62,411 nt of DNA, from positions 1 to 62,411 of the forward strand of contig DFEQ01000029.1 of assembly GCA_002368735.1 (NCBI GenBank), in the 5' to 3' direction. The DNA is from Christensenella sp. UBA3798 (lineage in GTDB: Bacteria > Bacillota > Clostridia > Christensenellales > CAG-1252). The notes beneath the pieces are model-generated. The model was not told the origin of the DNA. It made no database searches and saw only the letters and a list, made by a program, of their open reading frames with translations. Shown here one piece after another: positions 60,901 through 62,411 of this stretch. The first letter of the stretch is position 1; each line of letters begins with the position of its first letter. Made by a program: the position numbers and the translations under genes.

Positions 60901-62411
60901 GGTCGCTGTGGATGAGTTTGGTGAGGCTAACGTCACTGAGATAGGCGCTTCCGCCTTTGAGAACGTGAGGACCATCACGGAGATCAAGTTCTGGAGTCTG
61001 CCGCTTGACGAGAATAAGCAAGAGCAGAAGCTCATCGTGGGCGACGCCGCCTTCAAGAACTGCAACAACCCCGCCATCGTTATGATAGACGTTCCCTCGT
61101 GGGTCCAGCTGGGCGCCGGCGTCTTCTACAGCAAGGCGAACAATCTCTCCTACCTCCTTTTTGAAGGGGATCAGTTCGCTTTGGAAGAAGATGATGAATA
61201 CGAATCGCCGGAGGAGAAGGCAGAGGCGTTCGCCAATGCGGCTAAGGCAAATATGGAGCTTTGCTTCGTGAACCTCAATAGCCCGAATTTCAGCAAGGTC
61301 AGCGTGCCCATGAGCGCAACGAGGCTCAGAGCATACTTCACTATTGTTGCGGGCGCAGAGAGCTCCAAATGGGTCAGTTTCACGCCCGACGAGTGCTTCG
61401 AATGGGGCAGTGATAATGAAACGGGCGAAGTAGTCTTGATGGGCTTGAAGACAAATGCAAGCAATTGGGAGAGCGGTCTCAAACCGTACGTCACAGACGC
61501 CGCTTACGGCAACGGCTCCCTCATCATCCCCGAGTATCATAACGGCTTGCCTGTCAGGATCATCGGTACGAGCAACTTGCTCACCGGCAAGTACAATGTC
61601 GATTACGTGACGCATATCGTCATTCCGGACAACGTGACGAAGATACAGCAGAATGCTTTCCGCGTGTATCGTTACGACGGTATGGATCACGATTCCGGCT
61701 TTACTGCGGGAGCCGTAGAGGTGGAGTTCGGAGAGAATACCTTGATATCCTCTATCGGCGACTACGCCTTTAATGGTGTCAAGATCGGCAAGCTCTCCAT
61801 CTCCGGCAAGAATCAACTCACCGTCGGCGAGGAGGCGTTCAGCGGAACGGCGCTTACCGAGTTGAAGATAACCAAGGTGAATCGCGTCGGAAAGAATGCC
61901 TTCTATGGCTTGACTGCGCTCACCAAGGTCGATCTCACCTTCGCGGGTGATAACGCCGTGATCGGCGAGTCTGCTTTCGCGCTCGAGAGCAACGTGTCGG
62001 GTTCCGCCACTCTCGTGGTCAGAGGCGCCCTCTCCGAAATAAGGAAGAACGCCTTCAAGAATAACGATTTGGGCATTTGGAGATTTGAGGCGAAGGCGGA
62101 GACGATAGGAGGATCTGCCTTTGAGAATTCCAAGGTCACGGTGGTGCCCTCCAACGCGGTCACCATCGGCGACTACGCCTATAGGAATGCGACCATCCTC
62201 GACAAGTACGGTAAGGGTGACGTCGTCTTGAAAGACGTTGACTCGGTCGGTAAGGCGGCGTTTAGCGGCAGTACCATCACGAGCTTCACCTTTGGTAGCA
62301 AGATGAAGACCTTCTATGCGGACGACTCCGCTGATAACGGCTCGCTCCATAATACCGTGAAGCTTGCGACTATCGCTTACGGCGGCGGCGACGTTTCGAA
62401 TCCGTACTTCG
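33872..62411 (+). CDS. giant BspA-type leucine-rich-repeat surface lipoprotein (at least 9,513 codons; 3' end beyond the window)
   Basis: The ATG at 33872 follows AGGAGG (33861-33866) by 5 nt. I read the frame (positions congruent to 2 mod 3) codon by codon to 62411 and found no stop. It is not in the ORF track because there is no stop in the window. No track ORF on the plus strand lies in this frame. The translation shows a lipoprotein signal peptide, Ig-like repeats, then well over 100 units of the BspA/LRR_5 pattern (IP.SVT.IG..AF..C..L..V). Confidence 0.92.
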   Translation, partial: MSKRKISILILVLLMVALVAFTFVSCSKKTMELTVTDVKAVYDGAAHAVEVSCDTGDTSGWTISYENENGEVTSSPVNAGKYTATVTFEKKGYNTAVATATLTISQATPEVYKWPTLVYNYPEAAPTERREVYGTAMSDSWLSVTTLDESNYEEYASVPGTFSWSAGEKLSAKTAAYDVTFTPAGSSKDSNSYYNNYKKKYLKNTDFGKLPITVLPVTPVLYGADQAEQERNKPTTTYTGGTLVSGTKLSLVKLNKARSTSTETRHGYVVPGTNEEISGTYRWGHLDAEGNPVYHDELTVHVANNDIPYTYLFVPTNLVDHKIAVGELKVIASKANVVVDTSVTISATDIMFGQKLSHSTFTVNGNYISNSYYGTYAWVEPDYIPTKVGETIVYLSYSPLTQSGEEDPELNGTRDIPVKVNVTKAKLYFDGLQVFSAGETKLESSIFYGDKLETYALRWDSVYYIDEGFDQNGRLYPDQKHYLNTDVNDPEVLGLTWKDTVSEVNNTYFVQVKTTDDLTGYNIPSDLEDRYLNTYYFPLEVTLSERAEEFLFDSVADLIFTVKKIDVNTKTKNSEKEFGALETVAFGTPLSAVKLPTDDKFTMWATSGQVRGTFTWVDDTIYPGMPEQSDSDNIYVDEQILDYYTYSENNQTVRKPIYATYYKAKFTPDPEHFSNYQDVFVFFRVDVSSATSLTFSNTPGVGEATAGDSLSDVELNTDGINTYVVGYKKVTVTSQDALTDPNNKHYIRNTDGKFVYTNEYQSGVSYYVAENILIDGVINWDNPQQTVEMKTSTYYIGFTPDKKFASVVSYYKYLVHLIVYTNSSCFILGEKNESAKTAYIMGVKEGISADDIENVVIQDTIKDENKVPYTIIGIAGSTDDSLGAFQGKVAIKTLSLPDTIKFIGKEAFAGCTSLTEARLSVGLKTIGDRAFEGCTALTTLDIPESCQYTSIGAFAFKDCVKLASVSVPSETATIGIGAFLNCKDLVSVTIDEANDYYRLSENGHAILRLDNEGNFSILHTYFASNAALSYVIEPEITTIGAYAFAGNTTLVGKVIAKNVTHIEEYAFAGATSLTYAYFMVDDVVIDEQETTFEGNEHVIVYGPEGSVVIKAFCAAAHLEFKEQTFVRYLGLIQADPNYVSTFKTTVDASGNATIVGFSKGEYLPANDLDAEGFAARIYADYSELDFYYVDTVKKAYVFADSYDEDYVAAGGKYYYYAQFDENTGNPSTELIIPAYISQEAISPLYELPPECDGYARVTKVMGFGSTNITKLVIPDTVTEISDRAFERCTSLTEVTLSAALTTIGKNAFYGCTSLRSVLLPESLTTIGDNAFNNCTSLKSASFEGDVANLGADIFYYTPVEIYGPEEGNVKTYCQSHGYTYNAGTRTSCFYYEKNEAGTQVKITGLKSHNCKDGHSNIIIPATIEGLPVTEIADEAFKNNLQLVSITIPASVKKIGSGVFSGCSNLMSADSGTNPYYHFESLVVGTRLEYIVMYSGSGDTLISYFAASKAEIFEVPETVTKIASGSFAGATNLTDIVIGAGVSSIAADAFNGCTNLSNIDISSNNRYFSTDSKAIYNKNGTKLITYLSYNSSDLYEIKAGVETIGERAFYENTVLRRVVIPTSVSVIEASAFYGANRLISVTVKGNLTSIGNNAFAGDVSLLSFYVEEDVAALGKDVFAGDTSMIIYSPNGENLGLYAYRNHLRFNNCYSAESFATNGDSEKVTITGLKLNYVESDPEKKLYISIPPYIDGARVCAIGQEAFSEYGIGEIARLNSIYIPDTVETIGSKAFYMCSDLTSVYFGGNMRYEDIATDAFDGIVKKNLNFYFATESSLYLEFMNNADDEYKDNVRLVDLHNCLEYAPGNEAWTVTGQSQHICTESHNFVSVPAKYTGDVVENEERVTKTYFVTVVKDAAFIGNNKIYTVEFESSSEEGASLAIGKSAFKDARGLTSVTFASHTTSIGSDAFRNDVKLESVVLPEKLTYIGSNAFAGCTSLTSVFFTSDVAGLSGYVFGNAEERNPDLVIYGPGGGELETYCNNRGYAFKAWTVSYYLNEWKDIDASTCELVKCREGQDDLESVVIPYSHNNKKVVKIGNKAFSDGTANGSDKYANIKEIIIGEGVEEIGEMAFAYTGITSITIPASVKKIGSRAFFGCTDLTEIYFKGDILTDGMQYLVSTGKKLNVFGPANSNLERYFAKYPLITYNAYTMPSCFEVEVSEDNENEVYISGLKDHYCASGHTNIDIPDYINGKKVVGIKWHAFVGHTEIYGLSIPSTLTDIETGAFYGCTGLKNVKVSSDNPAYKYLDGALLSMNGKKMYICLSSEVEYTVPEGVTEILDGAFDGAINMEVLILNEQVSKIAPDAFKGCDNLANIAVPEQNPNFVFTGGALFNKDQTLLYIYLYTSRYKSYDVPDTVTEVADAAFRKAGALEQIRFYSDVIVGDKIFGDEDDIHAAVYAPAGSYNLEKAAIYAGLEFYNDITPCFSYEVSDLGVTITGFSCLDHAHDEINIPLYIENKPVIAIGEDAFAENGDKGGYIEVAVTADTFVRGKYYTQLINYQELVVAEEYSEELYYADGTGPIFVDEDNFYNDTYYVMKVYDLIYVPAESYNEFNMYYLPFRGVRIGDNVTRIESGAFRGSNLRSVVIGSSVESIAADAFEGANSLTEVYFKSDIDLSGAFTGLNNADLTVYFTEDCTHLYDYFDAMFTAYDPEEETGEPGSVVLLSSLEDNTNCFIYADGDPTRIVGLKDHVCLTAHDDVVIPAHVTAIGDNAFENNKEIIRLTFSAGMTSLGSGALSGCTRLTEIVIDEANPYFAFKDGVLYGKEGDELKTLIFYTAKNTATSYTVADGITRIATGAFYGNEYLRTITIGKDVTLVDDNAFVACTALQNIYVHEANEKYVSTAKYGDGAVGVLYEVKSRKADDTVDKAALVAYPAGARATYVTVGGSFDVNEVKSGAFNSAKYLTLVYFETYVGYMGEEGIFDNFTHFDSLKVCLPIGAGANSFASYLTTLGIETLRYTSKEALTFERNTSGYTVTGVNDAAFIKSNTSMDISASPLNAEAINGYFLFGGKKLIKVPLYYNGLPVNEIADYAFAVKEADASLSVASTIEKVSIAGSVSVIGVGAFANMDALTEIELAANPISGATSSYVFENGVLYTSLNKDVLHTYLSSNSYEVVNFAGPILIEVEEEATTPDNSEENAENEESDEDENEEEGGSDEEPAPQSNVRYEESNVTTIEGNAITFRGVRKILAGAFNGNDAVKEISLNAGIAEIGDGAFSLTTALVDIIVSSDNENYRFEKAITARNEEGAPVLTGGLFNKDLSLLHTYLYTNNYDSVILTEVGIGSGLTHIGGRAFEGTKVSRVRLPDSILVVGDYAFKDMTNLKYLYFESSPAEDKLGIDIMGNKAEFENTDRKILVYGPGGEDRASNVNSYSSVQKYFVDNYAEESEATTHVRYIAWTEDEAFNYLLVKTSDNRGVATILSMTADAAFDYGYGYKEIVVAPYLKKDGVRYDITTIGAEAFKNRVEIKSLTLLYSVTEIAEGFVKGAYNIEDIFINDNDAYRVLQNDETYASGIVYTRDMTTLMAYMPMNAPRYINTNYTAFPVPSSVKRIAAGAFAGAKHLIKISFGENVTEIGAGAFADCEYLNDIVISSANQSYRFDGYTLYNYDMTLLHTYLATGGGNNGVGNYVVPQGVTEIAPYAFEGNDRLEYIRIPEYLTEGDTVTSATIVGYCAFANMNSLSEVFFENLVEIGTDAKELAGSEVTDEDRVNNETYVAENAKMTAIKVTTTLYHYNDAESYVAVGDLSEDVFNATKAQLYYKVAGQYESAENTTFDANVVYYTRLDRREEVFVGKNSFKWGEDFTAAGLNVYALYEGNGSHLLTEDEYTVDASGYNKYAAGTYRIIVTSKANSAYSTYYDVTVEPIKDIFGELAGGKTVTVYAPQSSYLNHVAEMHSAVVYVPYTPKQCLDLTLTEDGYVINGFNTEEDPCVLDATDYVNENYVTKGDHSTLTVPSYINNTPVYKIADGAFYASDLTSVKLLQGVEVIGKRAFEKSLQLKRVELSSTVSEIGAGAFLYLNALDSFTLVNNGYFFLKDGALYGEGGTLLHTMFNAFASEVFETEEAVERIEDRAFEGVSTIRYLTVPYTTTHVGEKAFKNMEDLEEIYFCTDMDTDVEHGYIASDALSGCMVGLQLFGPKGVYLESFANKSGVIYVAWNDASCFEYKFYTKSVEITGLVAAGHEGCSGGYHDDVVIPMYIGGVKVTSIGAGAFKDEDKLTSVVIPTSVTSIGERAFEACTSLAYVTIPYSVKTIGDNAFASCSSLDEVVFNTDAITLGKDVFISAKSTMILYSENKRGEVSKYATAYSIPFNTGTPYTCFLTSTIMNSSGTSTIRVDGLKKHKCKYEHKEVIIPNLIRGKVVQKIKSGAFAGLTNLEKLVISAYIDDVGTGTFNGCEKLTTVDISADNEYLAINNGLIYTADGKTLLAIVDSIAGNNVTLADSTEKVQSNALYGSAVVTLSLNNELTTIGSGAFGGANSLTAITVGEDNKKFSSEDGILYNKSKTALIAYPAGITSEYYIVKDGVIVIGAGAFGGAASLKSVVLPVSVSSISQNAFYGASNLIDIQVNGAISTVDKGAFEATAPTLVVTGVSDDNAQAVGALEIFCTENNVRFMAITPSTCFTYTTEGMPAGTAKVTGLQPHKCTHHVNVVVPMYIDGLRITAVGDRAFAHQQQLVSIVIPQTVTNVGVAAFAGCKNLTSVYLGDSVSYIASKAFTSTESLTEVFITSGDFKVSNDAFYNAGYNDLTVYLDRALTEVISVIEDDNGIRIASIEEIVCLRDHYSVVNGNEIKITGLSSHVCPSGHNALIIPETIDGKVVTAIADDAFLNNHTVVKIYLPATVKKIGESAFMGASKLYDIAFYYYDENGSFVESDHNDYFAMDGGALYSADFKTLYAYMTARSEVEMNVNRNARYVKSHAFYNAANLLSITFLEDIYDSSNIKSSALEGVNQNLIVYVPTDTSEVYEGLIDGADTMYQLKAISGHSVYNATDYFTYEYLDDEENTVKITGITGEYKTELGTSYADATLVIPQYINGRKVSTIADKAFVGLKFGAVVFPDGLTRIGEMAFANWTNLSNVVFPSSLQTLEKMAFSGCSNMYEAYFLGAATALGDSIFNNTMNVAFGAKRNFTAFGPTTTYMTEYFEEKGVEYNACTSVLCFNYEVLDNGMVEIHSIKDHVCNANHKVVHVPDKINGREVDSIDGNTMFKGLTTVETVTLPDNMTSIPAGLFKNCSSLVSVNMPSGLMSIGAGAFENCVSLDSITFSDNLSLIGEYAFKNCHGLTDIIIPSSVYNIHEGAFSGCSGITRIMLSRSVTSISAHLFDGCSSLETLYYRDANGMTKNGLSTGISSVGEYAFYGCSSLRGIFSGDYEVLSTIGEKAFAYSGIESFTIYSSITSLGEGAFAGCNDLTLEDGGNEIYSLEDGIIYQSETIKAVKETDSGEGDNTFSITGDQKDFFYSTADSGEYMLVSGEHPDYFGPATYTNYGKNDSTPKNSGWISYSYYSDNGSAAVLGHYTGSTTWSSDTDYSTTYFEGTNVEEHFEITNSSTVKWRDTGKTFYRQLGAGTYTVSVSFDWAHNEYRNDGSSYGGLGGSTKRAHDIYSYTFTFKINTVNKVWYYNLQPNEEGNDQDEEAANILQHAATNMPTDAVELKRSVLQPNSYFLGDPEDPHFAFDEKQGTVSVNLKKNSEFLNMKGHLIVFFEVSDGSENFITTARCYKLSSVVNNTFKQHVTIHTVSANLSGPLEIDCKDGLSVVIKDEETDYCVRGPEMPNGTENVTKIAYTSGYVKITTGATTLFANTTADAVSKGLITIVSLEGKFQVEYDLTAIKRLSGAGANATIRFYTNETYTDAVDDGYTYNLATPTANAGAYAAYISVTAEFNGTTIYGKKEGDLYRFNNNDLADAIATMDAAGAILAVRTISEFALEGCSSLDSLSIGKAVDSIGAGALINTQGIAEIGVHEQNEYFVLHKINANDPQYAYSGGGLYRKLTGVNEGKTELIAFLGSNTVTEFTLPDHCIMIGDYAFSHNTTIERVYLNKVTTLGKKAFYGCTSLKYMELPAGWSPSGGYKYGERVFEGAGLESVYFEGDFRYTAQIGDMLFGENYDVTIYTKYDDGILAGYCADYNGRSLRVYKMTALNDFAYQTVNGNEIEIMKYLGDDENVIVPDMIENKKVTAIGDAAFEGTNVVTVNLPAYITLIGDYAFSDAKSLKELYVNSDPSIKQNLFNNHSSALIVYGITASILDEYCESIGVAFNLGTTWGCFHYETGAVGGGAKITGLVDHVCNSSHKHIVIPSEIHGYTVTEIDENAFNARTKAEGERAMYRAIESVTIPSSVKVIGKGAFANNSSLKVMRFQNTTISSIGANYYDLSGNLCNTFGDNAALIVYAAEFESTEVRDFCTENAIEFHAVLNINNVTYEEINGSYAITHVSSTDKSIILPDMIGGKKVTEIAKFAMQSKDYASVKLGKYVTKIGEHAFDNCEKLKVIDLPEGLKTIGELAFNGCKSLTAIFIPSSVQTIGDKAFAECTGLKTLRFLGDVKNIGANLLYGVTMTYASVGSTGSVKTVPFLQIRSSATNLDTYFRNKLSVRATKVENMDDYRRWEECYEYMVDVDEYGEVCIDITGLKDHICVNGGHGDILIPGQIGGIKVRKVADKAFAGEKTIRSVTFELISNEGLSQIGKQAFSGCELLGKVNLGPVQLIGDGAFEYCKLLSTIISPFGSVSTIADNTSAGMAGVFAGCENLKSIEGLTNSNPLYASNGVIYFGAGNTRIARYVYDLSAEVLNLDKATSVDPKAFDSIDKAGVRIINIPETLTALSYAMIKDFKNLEEINVAGAFRLSNVPNATTSVPDPLYDMMFYVPIGKTVLGIADDHLTRINDPAHFNYVPVEKDGVIVGVEIKANDAFGASSMAGGTLVLPHYGYVDGVSYPVIGIAERGFAGKTAIISIDPLHVTYIGVEAFEGCTELVTAKLYEGKVDKLEEIRADAFSGCSALKYVYLGKALTFIDGNPFGSCSIDQKAGSVFAIDADNPYYTSKVDGKNTNMILSKDAVTLYASYATGDVVVPDGVVRILSGAFKGAGITSITIPTSVRSIAVDAIVRCSDLTRLTILSENLTMGEYVRGKGGNGIVTKDECAASFTVFGVEGTIVESYAKWFDDDKEAMPFRAVISTGALTIAGGVVLKADISKLGKVVIIPTEYYEGIEMKNITEIADSAFYGAKQVEEIYLSAYHLTKIGKAAFAGMTSLKKVVFFDDGDYARFRELVIDENAFAYSYSLNEVHFETYTRNMSIAATAFRSSGSNLTIYAPNLINELNDLAALQGVVATCEVSYYGMLSIEALNANEAKLVGIRERYVEDGRIKNRATYEDYAGNGAYFYYEGSTLTSVIDSDTGLLKDYDSYDANEKFYQQVGLGGNLYIPEYIAGMQMVAVDIADPDTLSGIKKLFLPDSIRSISAGSFSNTMLTEVLLPDGITDIGEGAFKAKSNALHIYYDGDALDANVFASSAYTVYVHTGATIDHPRTGVEKVAVTPASYFTYTVFNGREVEITGLKGAGLSEKNVVIPTYLKGRKVTSIGDGAFAHDANLKTLTISKYITEIGNSVFVGTFENIEYVTSPFILFEEGSNSFVIEHVANRDLLLLREKGDDYTTIYAVFSVLKSEDDEESVALNFSVPTSVTEIREGAFAGAYSLRKVYGNTYYRAEAENTALVKLVESEYVENSSSNVLLAVLRTCESLEIATGNVYRVGAYAFYGATMEKIIGIPSTVTELGEGAFENCSALTSVELPEGISYLPARVFYGCSRLTGISIPDGVNSIGEFAFGKSGLISIDLTALDNLSKIGESAFAYCEALRTVSFVGTNVVSIGKDAFRGCSDLMDIDLFTTVNAETGAKTSNLEEIGEGAFAGTAITSIVLPENVTAISDKMFEGATFLREISALGAVETIGDYAFHGASSLLGIPDSILPTLRTIGEGAFMNSGLRSITLPQSVTDIAPYTFMGCTYLTSVTLTSSLRTIGESAFEGCDGRIALDDYSYVEVRGGRVYLVDAADEEKTRLVETTTISGNTAYTVVNGRKIYNAGDKIVVDGRFAGTVYEDARTHEAYRIAYLDESGLRVELSKVSGEYVLRIYPADGEGDSSDPKLTDVTNFEDKLKDCKINLSFGVTKINLGIRVTEIGNRAFAKTAIESISLSDSVTKVGDEAFAYNENLQNVLIGAKLRTIGAGVFRGTPNLAGVDVNKKNIYFKSDDDKVLYMARFDKVTEEGAKAESGVIYYELNGDSYSTKTGLTVGESSVTGLYEKNWVLKLYPAGRVPAGDLSFVVPSDVVGIDAGAFYDCKLERVIIQDSVKNIAKGAFEDAGYLQTVFFDADLTIAADVFDGTSVELDVPMYGTLAANCAGNYFTGDVTYKTHTPKSCFTYEVNGSTVKITGFKGGCSHDHANLIIPDYIDGCRVTKIGALAFAHCEIESLTLPLLLDEIGDGAFYDNDITAITLKGEETEDDYEAYSENDTFKVAKVYGDKNMTEDSALYTLLYNKVDGVLILYLDGKVDIDGEETALKLPDGITAIGFGAFYGTEKITAVDLTGVTTIGTAAFMDSKVNAVSGLDKVSTVGDSAFENTEITTFAFGSGVSSIGAAAFAGVDVTSITFGGEGVYENRFYHYENDLLFAYVDRTEMKMSLHTVFKAYLANVGANYLTVPDSFETDDKGETVTYLLSDIGAYAFKSLDFGMTYDYKLNKDKVFDASATYYKLDNGVYSVVELTQETYLAKKYYNYVGTRNGVILIPSAKDLTVSEGAFVNDTIREVHFESRVDAIEGGTYFDKDTVVYYPQGSAIATALTASGHTEALAFTPKSYLVYDDTESETEIRITGVSGRVPDLVIPAFVDGKLVTAVGTDSTNSDFGTSGVTRLVITDRVIELGKYAFKNCTTLTEATIGAGVTEIPEGFFLSCSLLKTVTLSESVTTIGAEAFKSTILTKIPVAVDEFGEANVTEIGASAFENVRTITEIKFWSLPLDENKQEQKLIVGDAAFKNCNNPAIVMIDVPSWVQLGAGVFYSKANNLSYLLFEGDQFALEEDDEYESPEEKAEAFANAAKANMELCFVNLNSPNFSKVSVPMSATRLRAYFTIVAGAESSKWVSFTPDECFEWGSDNETGEVVLMGLKTNASNWESGLKPYVTDAAYGNGSLIIPEYHNGLPVRIIGTSNLLTGKYNVDYVTHIVIPDNVTKIQQNAFRVYRYDGMDHDSGFTAGAVEVEFGENTLISSIGDYAFNGVKIGKLSISGKNQLTVGEEAFSGTALTELKITKVNRVGKNAFYGLTALTKVDLTFAGDNAVIGESAFALESNVSGSATLVVRGALSEIRKNAFKNNDLGIWRFEAKAETIGGSAFENSKVTVVPSNAVTIGDYAYRNATILDKYGKGDVVLKDVDSVGKAAFSGSTITSFTFGSKMKTFYADDSADNGSLHNTVKLATIAYGGGDVSNPYF
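33950..36534 (+). other. N-terminal non-LRR region: degenerate Ig-like/MBG-like repeats
   Basis: A first module with VYDGAAH...NAGKYTATV...ATLTISQA. Then recurring G-T-[FY]-x-W ... F-T-P units near 34350, 34706, 34990 and 35704, plus VINW near 36200. Confidence 0.55.
36535..50329 (+). repeat. protein-level array of BspA-type LRR cassettes (first block)
   Basis: Repeating 22-26-aa LRR units are grouped into cassettes. Each cassette ends in a ..[IV]YGP.G....Y-like tail and restarts with ..CF.YE...ITG....IP..I.G..V..I...AF. Confidence 0.85.
43409..43524 (+). other. acidic low-complexity linker inside the giant ORF
   Basis: Translation reads EVEEEATTPDNSEENAENEESDEDENEEEGGSDEEPAPQ. Confidence 0.8.
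50330..51765 (+). other. roughly 480-aa non-LRR insert in the giant ORF (beta-rich/Ig-like?)
   Basis: The LRR periodicity is lost here. Sequence is rich in Y/T/S/N/G (GAGTYTVSVSFDW, NAGAYAAYISVTAEF). Visibly more A/T-ending codons, and the antisense shadow ORFs fragment in this stretch. Confidence 0.6.
51766..62411 (+). repeat. protein-level array of BspA-type LRR cassettes (second block, continues past the window)
   Basis: Same LRR unit and cassette-junction pattern as the first block. The last readable residues (...DNGSLHNTVKLATIAYGGGDVSNPYF) are mid-cassette. Confidence 0.85.

Noticed and set aside
33908-62350. Fifteen long minus-strand ORFs (up to 1,839 aa at 53489-59008 and 1,467 aa at 45455-49858) that dominate the ORF track in the right half of the window.
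   Set aside because: All are in the single antisense frame that is codon-aligned with the uninterrupted plus-strand ORF. Their stops coincide with rare sense TTA/CTA/TCA codons. Their translations are G/D/V/A/R/H-rich, K-poor and motif-free. The plus-strand frame gives an RBS, a signal peptide and a clear LRR protein.
36535-62411. The regular periodicity could be mistaken for a CRISPR array or a tandem DNA repeat.
   Set aside because: The periodicity is at the protein level (LRR units of 22-26 aa) within an open reading frame. The DNA copies are highly diverged and there are no identical direct repeats with unique spacers.

Overview
Moderately GC-rich, Firmicute-like chromosomal window with strong AGGAGG ribosome-binding sites, TTGACA-N17/18-(TGn)TAnnnT promoters and 4-nt ATGA gene overlaps. 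Positions 1-33.3 kb hold ordinary genes. These are a pheA plus DAHP-synthase operon preceded by a Phe-codon leader peptide and terminator; a beta-CASP MBL hydrolase; a translationally coupled hexuronate/pectin-product catabolic locus (eda, kdgK, kduI, TIM-barrel isomerase, GH105, FAH-family, uxaC, GPH symporter) interleaved with three secreted or membrane-anchored metallophosphoesterases and two unknown membrane-anchored proteins; then leuS, a TrmH-family methyltransferase, an EIIC-like permease, pepF, dnaB, a PPTase, acpP and an esterase. The main result is in the right-hand 28.5 kb. A single uninterrupted plus-strand reading frame starts at 33872 (AGGAGG RBS, lipoprotein signal peptide) and is still open at the window end (62411). 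That is at least 9,513 codons, and the gene is 3'-truncated by the window. It is missing from the supplied ORF track because it has no stop codon inside the window. The 15 long minus-strand ORFs listed there (up to 1,839 aa) are codon-aligned antisense shadows of it. The product reads as a giant surface lipoprotein: N-terminal Ig-like repeats followed by about 28 head-to-tail BspA-type leucine-rich-repeat cassettes. Many cassettes are joined by a recurrent Cys/His motif. An acidic linker and a roughly 480-aa non-LRR insert interrupt the array.
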